Positions 56,658-64,000 of a DNA stretch of 64,000 nt are shown piece by piece; the stretch's first letter is position 1; every line of letters begins with the position of its first letter. The stretch is from the NCBI GenBank assembly GCA_038231435.1, contig JBBRLJ010000029.1, positions 10,706 to 74,705 of the forward strand, in the 5' to 3' direction. The stretch comes from Planctomycetota bacterium (GTDB lineage: Bacteria; Planctomycetota; UBA11346). The notes under the pieces were generated by a model that was not told the origin of the DNA, did no database searches, and was given only the letters and a program-made list of their open reading frames with translations. A program made the position numbers and the translations under genes.

Positions 56658-58961
56658 TCAGTGCGCGTCGAGATCGGCAAGCAGCTGCTTGGCCTCGGCG
56701 ATATCGGCCTTGGCGGCGATGCGCAGGGCGATGATGCCAGCGTCCGCGCGTCCGACGCGCAGGTAGGCCTCGCCCACGCGCAGCGCCACCATGCCATCGC
56801 CCGCGTGCAGGGCCTTCTCGAGCATGGCCACGCCGGCCGCCGCATCCTCCGCCACGCCATCGCCCGCGATCAGCATTTCGCCGAAGTCCTTCTGGGCCAT
56901 CGCCACGCCCCCCTCGGCCGCGCGCCGGATCAGGTCTGCACCCAGCCGCACATCGGCGGGCACGCCGCCGCGCCCGGCGTGGATGAACAGGCCTTCACGC
57001 CACATGGCCTGCGGCCGACCCTGATCAGCGGCCTTCCGGTACCAGGTCAACGCCTTGGCGTCGTCTTGCGGACATCCGTCGGTACCATGTTCGCAGGCAT
57101 CGCCCATGCGTTCCTGGGCCTTGGCATTTCCGCCTTCAGCGGATCTCTGGATCATCGCCCTACCCGCCGCGGCGTCGACCGCGACGCCATGCTCGCCCGA
57201 CAGGCTCAAGCCACCGAGCTGGAAGAGCGCATCGAGGTCGCCCTTGTCCGCCGAGGCGCGCAGCGCCGCGATCGCCGCGGGTCCATCGAGCTGCAGCGCT
57301 GCCAGCTTCGGTTTCGCCGCCTCGTTTCCGCGCTCGACTGCAACGCGATAAGCCCTGACCGCATCGGGGATGCGCCCCGCGCGCTCGTAGCAATCAGCGA
57401 CGTTGAATGCGTCGTCGCCATTGCCGTCCTTCAGCCCGAGTTCAAGCATCTCGACGCCTTTGGCTTCATCCTTAGAGACGCCATCGCCGAGAAGCAACAA
57501 TTCACCATAATCCTTCTGCGCCGGAGGCATCCCGGCGGCCGCAGCCTTCGCGAACCACGGGATCGAAGCGGTGTGATCCTCTGTCATGCCGCCCTTGCCG
57601 ACGTACTGGAAGATGGCGACGCGCCACAGCGCATAGGCGTCTCCCTGCGCGGCCGCCAGCTGGTAGTAGCGAAGAGCCTGGATCTCGTCCTTGGTCACGC
57701 CGTCCTGGCCGTTCTCGCATTCGAACCCGACCATCCCCTGAGCCTGCGCGTGACCCTTGTCGGCCGAGCGCACCAGCAATCGGTGACCGGCATCGCGGTC
57801 CACGGTCACACCGTACGAGCCCGTGATCATCATCCGCGCGATCATGGTCATCGCGCGCGAGTCTCCGGCATCGGAAACCTTGCGCACCAGGGCCACACCT
57901 TCCGCGGGTTTCGCCGGCACGCCATCGGCGCCATCGAGCAGCATGCATCCCAGATTGAATTCCGAGGAATGCCACCCGTGATCGGCGCCGTCACGGAAGA
58001 ACACCGCGGCTTTGACCGGATCACGAGGAGTTCCCAGTCCATCCGAGTTCAGGATGCCCAGATACCAGCCGCACTGGTTGTGCGCGGGTTCGCCCGGCGT
58101 GAGCGCCGCGTACGCCAGCGTGAGCATCTTGAAGCCGGCGGCGGCATCGGCCGCGATGCCCTCGCCATCGACCAGCAGCATGCCGAGATGGAATTGCGCC
58201 AAGGGCACGCCGTCGACCGCAGCCCGCTCCAAGAGCGGCACGGCGCGCGCGGGATCCTTCTTCATCCCCTGCCCGCCGACCAGGAACATCCCCAACATGG
58301 TCATCGCGCGCGTGTCGCCCTGATCAGCGGCCTTCATCAGGTACGGCGTCGCGCGGGCCGGATCGCTGGGCGCCCCGGGCAGTTCCATACCAAGCAGCAG
58401 CCCGTACATCGGCTCGATCTTGTCGTTGCCCTTGGCGACGGCCATGCCGGCGAGCTCCCTGGCTTTGACCAGGTCTTGGCTCACCCCGCGGCCGTCGTAA
58501 TACATCATCGCGAGCATCGCATAGGCATCGCCGTAATCGGCAGCCGTGCCGCGCTCCAGCCAGCGCTTGGCCACCGCATAGTCCTCGGCACTGGGCGACG
58601 GCTTGCTCAAGCGCCAGTGCGCGAGCAGGGTGACGGCCGTCATGTCGCCACCCTCGGCGAGCTTGGTCACCCGTGCCTCGACCTCCTGCTGCGTCGGTGG
58701 GCGGGTGGTGGTGACGGTATAGGTGGCGACGACTTCGCGTTCGGTGTTCTTCTCGGCTTCGGCCATTGCCTGGTGGTATTTGGCGATGGACGTATCGAGC
58801 GCGCTCGGACCGCTCGGCGCGTTCGGCCTGCGCGCCTCGTCGGCCATATGTTCCAAGGTCTTCTCGCGCTGGTGCGCATTCCACTCGGCCATGGTCTCAG
58901 CGCGCGCATGCGACGCGACACACAGGATCAGAGCCGTGACGAGTGTCGTGGTGCGATGCAT
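56658..58961 (-). CDS. Secreted Sel1-like repeat protein
   Basis: Signal peptide; many A..LG..Y..G.GV..D...A..W...AA.QG repeats. Confidence 0.92.
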   Translation of the reverse strand: MHRTTTLVTALILCVASHARAETMAEWNAHQREKTLEHMADEARRPNAPSGPSALDTSIAKYHQAMAEAEKNTEREVVATYTVTTTRPPTQQEVEARVTKLAEGGDMTAVTLLAHWRLSKPSPSAEDYAVAKRWLERGTAADYGDAYAMLAMMYYDGRGVSQDLVKARELAGMAVAKGNDKIEPMYGLLLGMELPGAPSDPARATPYLMKAADQGDTRAMTMLGMFLVGGQGMKKDPARAVPLLERAAVDGVPLAQFHLGMLLVDGEGIAADAAAGFKMLTLAYAALTPGEPAHNQCGWYLGILNSDGLGTPRDPVKAAVFFRDGADHGWHSSEFNLGCMLLDGADGVPAKPAEGVALVRKVSDAGDSRAMTMIARMMITGSYGVTVDRDAGHRLLVRSADKGHAQAQGMVGFECENGQDGVTKDEIQALRYYQLAAAQGDAYALWRVAIFQYVGKGGMTEDHTASIPWFAKAAAAGMPPAQKDYGELLLLGDGVSKDEAKGVEMLELGLKDGNGDDAFNVADCYERAGRIPDAVRAYRVAVERGNEAAKPKLAALQLDGPAAIAALRASADKGDLDALFQLGGLSLSGEHGVAVDAAAGRAMIQRSAEGGNAKAQERMGDACEHGTDGCPQDDAKALTWYRKAADQGRPQAMWREGLFIHAGRGGVPADVRLGADLIRRAAEGGVAMAQKDFGEMLIAGDGVAEDAAAGVAMLEKALHAGDGMVALRVGEAYLRVGRADAGIIALRIAAKADIAEAKQLLADLDAH

Positions 58962-59222
58962 GTAATCCCCGATCGAGAGACTGTATACACCGAGGCAAGG
59001 TCAGGCGCAAATCGTGCTCGCGGTGAGAATCGCAGACTACCGCCTTCGTCGCGTCACCGTCACTGGCGACGGTACCGCTCATCAGGCAGTCCACGTCTCT
59101 CGACGTCCACTTGGCACATTCGCTGGCGACCTTCGCCTCGACAGCATGGCGGGTTGCCGCATCGGTGGGTCGGCAGCCTGATCGAGTTGGACGATCGGCC
59201 AACTGGTTCGGGCATCACCGCC

Positions 59223-60470
59223 TTACGCTGGTGATTTCGGCACGGTGAAGCAGAAGGTGCTCCCTGATCCCACCACAGACTCGACCCACAACCTTCCGCC
59301 ATGTCGCTCGATGATGCGTTTGCAGGTGGCAAGACCGATTCCGCATCCTTCGTAGGCATCTCGGGTATGCAGGCGCTGGAAGACACCGAAAATACGCTCA
59401 CGGTCTGCGGCCGAGATTCCAATCCCGTTATCCGATATTGCAATCTTCCAGTGTCCTTCGTCTTCGACAGCAGTGACCCTGACTTCAGGAACGACCCCAG
59501 AGCGCGTAAATTTAATGCCATTGCTCAAGAGATTCTGAAATAGCTGGACGAGCAATATGTGATCACCATGGACCGAGGGGAGATCGTCGAAGTGGATGAG
59601 GGCACCGGTTTCGGAAATCCGCTCTGAGAGATTGTCTATCGCTTCGATCACCACCGTTTCGAGCGGAACCATGACGAAGGATCGGTCATCGGTGCCGACC
59701 TGTGCGTAGTCGAGTAGCGAGCGGATGAGCTGGGACATCCTGAGAGCGCCAGAGGTTGCATGCTCGATATACTCGCGGGCTTTTTCATCGAGTTTCTGAG
59801 CATAACGTCTTTCAAGCAGCGCGAGATAGCTGGTTACCATCCGTAACGGCTCTTGAAGATCATGCGAGACCGTCGCGGAAAAATGATTCAGGTCCTTGTT
59901 CGATCGTTCGAGTTCGAGCGCTTTGCGGCTGAGCGCTTCTTCAGCTTTATGTCGCTCGACCAACTCCTCATGGGCAGTCCGTCGCGCCTGTTCCAAAGTC
60001 AACGTTTGCGCCCGCAACTGTTGGGAGGCGTTCCTCGCCAGGGACGTGGTAGCGTTCGCAATGAGCACGGATTGCTCTGCCTGGAACGACACCCGCAGCA
60101 TCGGGAGGATGTCCAGCAGGCATGCAGTGAGCTCCGTATCGGGAGCGCCTCCGACGAACACCAGCACCGAGTCGGGGCGAGACGAGAAACCCACGCACCG
60201 ATGCATCAGCCCTGAAGCCGGGTAAGGAAGCGTCTCTTGATGCTGGCCACGTCTGGAGACCTCGCTGACGAAGCGATGCCATTCGATCGCGTCGGGCAAC
60301 GTGCGCGGAAACCCCAACGCCGGGATGAATACATTGACGTCGGGGTCCAGCACGAAGATCACCAGGTTCTCAGCACCGCAGTGCTGAGCCAGATTCCGAG
60401 CCACCTTCGAACGGTCAGACGCAGATGTCAGTTCGGAAATCAGGCGGAAGAGAGTGCGGATCGGTTCCAC
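59223..60470 (-). CDS. Sensor histidine kinase (GAF-like N-terminus, Cph1-type HisKA/HATPase)
   Basis: LERSNKDL..F...VSHDLQEPLR; QLFQNLLSNGIKF; DNGIGI; FQRLH; GIGLA; GC lower than host. Confidence 0.92.
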   Translation of the reverse strand: MEPIRTLFRLISELTSASDRSKVARNLAQHCGAENLVIFVLDPDVNVFIPALGFPRTLPDAIEWHRFVSEVSRRGQHQETLPYPASGLMHRCVGFSSRPDSVLVFVGGAPDTELTACLLDILPMLRVSFQAEQSVLIANATTSLARNASQQLRAQTLTLEQARRTAHEELVERHKAEEALSRKALELERSNKDLNHFSATVSHDLQEPLRMVTSYLALLERRYAQKLDEKAREYIEHATSGALRMSQLIRSLLDYAQVGTDDRSFVMVPLETVVIEAIDNLSERISETGALIHFDDLPSVHGDHILLVQLFQNLLSNGIKFTRSGVVPEVRVTAVEDEGHWKIAISDNGIGISAADRERIFGVFQRLHTRDAYEGCGIGLATCKRIIERHGGRLWVESVVGSGSTFCFTVPKSPA

Positions 60471-60473
60471 TGA

Positions 60474-60923
60474 TTACTGGGGAATCACGCACACGACGGC
60501 GGTACAGTTGTGGAAGCCGTTGAACTGCCCCTCGGAGCGGGCTATCTGGCCATAGGTGTTGCAACCGGCGAAAGATGCCCGGTCACCGAGCGCGTGCTCC
60601 ACAGCTTTGAGTTCGAAGCCAAATTCCTTCCCCATCCGCAAACGTGTCGCGACGCAATCGAAGAACATGGCGACTTGCGGCGTGCGTCCTTCGATCTGGG
60701 CCAAGGCGCTCTTGGTGGCTTCGAGGGCAGAGAGTTTTTGCGGTTTCATGATGTGGACGGTCGCACCTTCGGGGATGTCGGCAGCGCATTGAACTGATCC
60801 ATCCGCCTCGATCGACAGGGGCACGCGCAAGCGGAATCCGGAATCCGTGACGATGCCCAAGACATTATGCAGGAAGAACGGTATCGGATTCGCCACGTCG
60901 AGCGTTTGGTTCGTGGACTTATC
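60474..60923 (-). pseudogene. N-terminally truncated FIST-domain (NosP-like) gene; only FIST_C remains
   Basis: PFFLHNVLG, IPEGATV, FFDCVAT, GCNTYGQIA, FHNCTAV; the frame is closed by TGA just upstream of DKSTNQTLD, where composition changes. Confidence 0.75.
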
Positions 60924-61052
60924 TCAGAAAGGAGGTTGAAGCCTATGAAGCTACCCGACAGGTCTAGATGACCGTACTTTTGCACTCGCGTTTCAATGAT
61001 GTGCCCCGGTGACCGCAAGTCCGCCGGGGTATGTCTTTAAAATTTTTTAATT

Positions 61053-61084
61053 AACTTTGACTGTCACTCAAAGTTGGGTAAATG
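61053..61084 (+). promoter_or_regulatory. 8-bp inverted repeat with 7-nt spacer overlapping a putative sigma70 -35 box of the DUF262 gene
   Basis: AACTTTGA-ctgtcac-TCAAAGTT; TTGACT at 61057-61062, TAAATG 16 nt later; AT-rich tract upstream. Confidence 0.5.
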
Positions 61085-61104
61085 ACGCTTAGTAGGGGGA
61101 TTCC

Positions 61105-62697
61105 GTGGCCAGTAATAAAGACATTCGCGGACGTCTTGATGCCGACACACAGCATATCAAAAGCTTGATTCAGAGCATTGATAAGGGTGAAATTAAAGTT
61201 CCACAATTTCAACGTCCATTTGTCTGGAAAGAAGAACAGGCACTGAGCCTTCTGGATAGTCTTTCTAATAATTATCCAATTGGCAGCATCTTGCTCTGGA
61301 AGACAAAGGAGAAGTTAAGCGCTGAACGTAATATTGGGACGTTCAATCTTCCGGAAACTGACGATCTGACTCCCACCGATTTTGTTTTGGATGGCCAACA
61401 ACGCCTAACTGTAATTTACGCCTCATTCGGCGCAAAAGAATCTGACACAGGATACTGTGCTGGATTCGATTTAAATACAGAAACATTTGTCGAATACAAA
61501 ACTGCTAACTCTAGCAATATTTCCATATTTCCTCTCAGGATCATTTTTCAAGTAACCAAGCTACTGAACTTCAGGTCTGGACTTGAAGCCATTCCCAATG
61601 CAAAGGCACTACAAGAAAAACTAGATCGTTTGATTGATGTAATATCTAATTATAAACTTCCCGTTATCACACTAAAAGACCTTTCGGTAGAGGAGGTCTG
61701 CCCCATTTTTGAAAGAATTAATAGTTCCGGAACTCGGCTTTCTACTTACGATCTAATGGTTGCCGCTACCTGGAAGTCGGATTTTGATCTTAATAGTGAG
61801 ATTGAGGTAATAAAAACAAAGCTGAAGCCAAAGCGTTTTAATGATGTGCCTTCTAGCGCGATTCTGAAATGCATTTGTGCCATCAGGCATACCTCTATAA
61901 AGAAGGAGGATGTTATCAAATTGCGCGAAGAGTCAAAACAGGATATGGATAAATTGGTGGTCTCGGCCGGAACCGCACTGGAGAAGGCCGTAGACCTTCT
62001 TTCCACCGAATTCGGAATATTGTCATGGGACTTTATTCCTTATGAGGCATTTTTAATCATAGCGGCATTTATTTACCATAATTCTGCAGCCATACCCGCT
62101 GCTAACTTAGTTCGAGTCAGAAAATGGTTTTGGTCAAGCGCCTTCTCTGAACGGTACAGGGGAGCATCAGAGCACTATATATCGAAGGACCTTGAAACTA
62201 TTAGCCAGTATATTGCTGGGAATAGCCAAATTCAGTTTACTTCAATTCCTACAGCCGAGAGAATTTCTGAAATTCAATTCCGTAGAGCTAATAGTCAGAC
62301 TAAAGCCTTTATACTACTTCTCGCTCGTAATCGGCCAAAAAATTTAACTAATGGTGCAGCTATCGACATTGATGAGGCGCTCTCGAGCTATAACAAAAAG
62401 CAATATCATCATATTAATCCCGTCGCCTTTCTTGGAAGAAAGGGCATTAAAAATGAAAATTGCCTTTCTAATCTCTGCATGCTGAGCGCCTCAGAAAATA
62501 ACGCTGTCTCCGACGACGATCCCAGTGCATATTTACCGAAATGCATTGCGGCTCTCGGCGCTAATGCTAACGATGTGTTAGCATCGAACTTCCTGCCAGA
62601 AATTTCTGCATTTAATTATTCGAATATTGATTACAGGAGATTTATTGAGGCACGCGGAAGAATCTTATCTGCTGAATTGGCAAGGCTTACGTCGTGA
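61105..62697 (+). CDS. DUF262 (ParB/Srx-like) + HNH-like C-terminal domain protein, GmrSD-family modification-dependent restriction nuclease candidate
   Basis: VPQFQRPFVW, YPIGSILLW, LDGQQRLT, FERINSSG; C-terminal HHINP...SNLCMLSASENN; about 40% GC by spot count. Confidence 0.88.
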   Translation: MASNKDIRGRLDADTQHIKSLIQSIDKGEIKVPQFQRPFVWKEEQALSLLDSLSNNYPIGSILLWKTKEKLSAERNIGTFNLPETDDLTPTDFVLDGQQRLTVIYASFGAKESDTGYCAGFDLNTETFVEYKTANSSNISIFPLRIIFQVTKLLNFRSGLEAIPNAKALQEKLDRLIDVISNYKLPVITLKDLSVEEVCPIFERINSSGTRLSTYDLMVAATWKSDFDLNSEIEVIKTKLKPKRFNDVPSSAILKCICAIRHTSIKKEDVIKLREESKQDMDKLVVSAGTALEKAVDLLSTEFGILSWDFIPYEAFLIIAAFIYHNSAAIPAANLVRVRKWFWSSAFSERYRGASEHYISKDLETISQYIAGNSQIQFTSIPTAERISEIQFRRANSQTKAFILLLARNRPKNLTNGAAIDIDEALSSYNKKQYHHINPVAFLGRKGIKNENCLSNLCMLSASENNAVSDDDPSAYLPKCIAALGANANDVLASNFLPEISAFNYSNIDYRRFIEARGRILSAELARLTS

Positions 62698-62720
62698 TGT
62701 TATTAAAGCTTTTCGAATGA

Positions 62721-63848
62721 TCAAAACTCTACCGATTCGACGAGTGATTCGGGAGAAAGTGCGGCATAGTGTAGTTGGCAGATCTGCGGCGAATTCCCCA
62801 TGATCGTCGCAATCTTAAACAGACTTTCCCCCTTCATCGCCAACTGACTCCCAAACGTATGCCGATAATCCAAACACGACCACGTCAGACTCTTTGCCGC
62901 ATTGGCAGCGCGTAGATCCGTCGACATATCATCCACATCCCACCGCATCCCCTGCGGACTCGGAAAGTACCAATCCAATTCCGTGTTTGACGGCGTATAC
63001 CGATCGAGATACGCCCGCAACGCCTTGCTGATCGGCACCGCGCGATTCTTCTTCGTCTTCGGCTGCCAGAACGCCCCTTCCACGGTCTTGGCCCGGATCC
63101 GCAGCAACCCGCCCCCTCCCTTCGGCAGGTCCACGTCCTCCAAGCGCAGCCACATCGCCTCCTCGCGGCGGAGTCCTGCGTAGATGAACATTGCCACCAT
63201 GGTCTGGAGCTGCGGCTTGTCCGCGAGCGCTGACAGCTGCTCGTCGATCTGCGGGAGCGTGAGGAACGAGATCTCCGGTGCCGTCTGGCGGTAGCGCTCC
63301 AATCGTGCGGCGGGGTTGCCTCCAGGCAGCTTCACGCCGCGCTGGCTGCATGCCCAATTGAACAAGCGGGACAGGATCTCGCGGTAGTGGTTCGCGGTCT
63401 TCGGCGACAGCCCACGGGTGCGCACGCGGCGCGCGATGAAGTCGGACAGGTACGGGGTGGTGATGACTTCCAACGCGTCGGCGCGGATCACATCGGCGGC
63501 GGCCAAGCTCGTCGCATCGCGACGCAGCGGCCGCTTGCGCTTCGCTCCCAACGCGGCGAGCTCGGGACAGGCGGGGCCGAAGCAGTCGCGCAGCTTGTAG
63601 GCGTCCTTGTAGGCGCCGTTGCGGGTCTTGTTCACGGTGATGTATTGGAGGTAGGCCGAGAGCACCTCATGCAGCGGCGTGCGCGTCGGCAGCGGAAGTT
63701 CTTCGCCGCGTAATTGCGCCGACTCGATCTGGCGGAGCTTGTCCTTCGCCAACTGTCGTGACGAGGTGCGCAGACAGATGCGCCGCTGCTTCCGGCCTTC
63801 ATAGACGACCGCGTAAAAAGTTTTGCCGCGCTTCAAGAGACCAGCCAT
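62721..63848 (-). CDS. Tyrosine recombinase / phage-type integrase
   Basis: N-terminal arm-binding-like region, LSPKTANHY, YAGLRREE, PKTKKNRAVP, LDYRHTFGS, MGNS, HYA. Confidence 0.92.
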   Translation of the reverse strand: MAGLLKRGKTFYAVVYEGRKQRRICLRTSSRQLAKDKLRQIESAQLRGEELPLPTRTPLHEVLSAYLQYITVNKTRNGAYKDAYKLRDCFGPACPELAALGAKRKRPLRRDATSLAAADVIRADALEVITTPYLSDFIARRVRTRGLSPKTANHYREILSRLFNWACSQRGVKLPGGNPAARLERYRQTAPEISFLTLPQIDEQLSALADKPQLQTMVAMFIYAGLRREEAMWLRLEDVDLPKGGGGLLRIRAKTVEGAFWQPKTKKNRAVPISKALRAYLDRYTPSNTELDWYFPSPQGMRWDVDDMSTDLRAANAAKSLTWSCLDYRHTFGSQLAMKGESLFKIATIMGNSPQICQLHYAALSPESLVESVEF

Positions 63849-63890
63849 CGCGTGCCCTTTCGGGGAGCTAGGCAGGACCTATTTTTGTTT

Positions 63891-63913
63891 GGTGTACAAA
63901 CCGGTGTACAAAC
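63891..63913. repeat. Direct repeat GGTGTACAAAC x2 (12-bp period), candidate integrase arm-type sites
   Basis: Read directly; lies between the integrase start and the terminator hairpin. Confidence 0.7.
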
Positions 63914-63928
63914 GGCTGTTTTGCCAAC

Positions 63929-63964
63929 AAAAAAAGGACCTGCGATAAATCGCAAGTCCTTTTC
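63929..63964 (-). terminator. Rho-independent terminator for a minus-strand transcript entering from the right edge
   Basis: Minus strand AAAAGGACTTGCGAT-TT-ATCGCAGGTCCTTTTTTT. Confidence 0.8.
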
Positions 63965-63971
63965 TCACAAA

Positions 63972-64000
63972 TGGTTGACCAAGTGGGACGAGTGCCGAGC
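63972..64000 (-). ncRNA. Possible 3' end of a small stable RNA gene (6S/ssrS-like?) serving as integration site
   Basis: Minus strand ...GCTCGGCACTCGTCCCACTTGGTCAACCA immediately before the terminator; CGGCAC resembles the 6S closing-stem motif; only 29 nt visible. Confidence 0.3.

Larger units (their letters stand above)
59200..63990. mobile_element. Integrase-associated genomic island or remnant (left boundary uncertain: about 59.2 kb or 60.92 kb)
   Basis: Integrase next to att-like repeats, AT-rich defence cargo, truncated gene, abrupt GC shifts. Confidence 0.65.

Noticed and set aside
59099..59120. CTCGACGTCCACTTGGCAC as the second att copy
   Set aside because: Only about 8 contiguous matching bases (CCACTTGG), and inverted relative to the right-edge sequence
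56643..59234. 863-aa plus-strand ORF
   Set aside because: Antisense shadow of the Sel1-repeat gene; no motifs; long shadow ORFs are expected in high-GC DNA
60746..61018. 90-aa minus-strand ORF across the breakpoint
   Set aside because: Out of frame with the FIST remnant, TTG start and no recognisable motif
63972..64000. tRNA or tmRNA 3' end (ends in ACCA)
   Set aside because: No TTCRA loop, and the would-be T-stem halves (CTCGG/CCCAC) do not pair

Overview
A very GC-rich chromosomal segment (spot counts about 65-78% GC). The gene repertoire suggests a Planctomycetota/PVC-type bacterium (inference): Rhodopirellula/Verrucomicrobium-style ECF sigma plus FecR-type anti-sigma pairs, an LRR-bearing Ser/Thr kinase, a sulfatase, PhyH dioxygenases and many secreted hydrolases. 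About 43 CDS are supported, mostly signalling (3 histidine kinases, 3 AraC regulators, 2 ECF/anti-sigma pairs, 1 Ser/Thr kinase), glycan/ester degradation (GH16, GH42, beta-helix protein, deacetylase, several alpha/beta hydrolases) and transport (DctA, heterodimeric ABC exporter), plus a small ACP/ketosynthase/reductase cluster. The last ~5 kb is compositionally foreign: a histidine kinase, an N-terminally truncated FIST gene, an AT-rich DUF262/HNH (GmrSD-like) defence gene and a tyrosine integrase with non-canonical catalytic motifs, next to an att-like direct repeat, a terminator and what may be the 3' end of a small stable RNA gene at the window edge. The best candidate for an undescribed system is an uncharacterised ~300-aa domain ('domain X'). 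It occurs as two intact secreted paralogues in an ECF/FecR operon (6021-11279), one with a Cys-TM-Arg C-terminal anchor. It occurs again, degenerate, as the extracytoplasmic sensor of a second FecR anti-sigma factor (32672-34174). All family calls are motif-based by eye; no database searches were run, and several start codons are best guesses.
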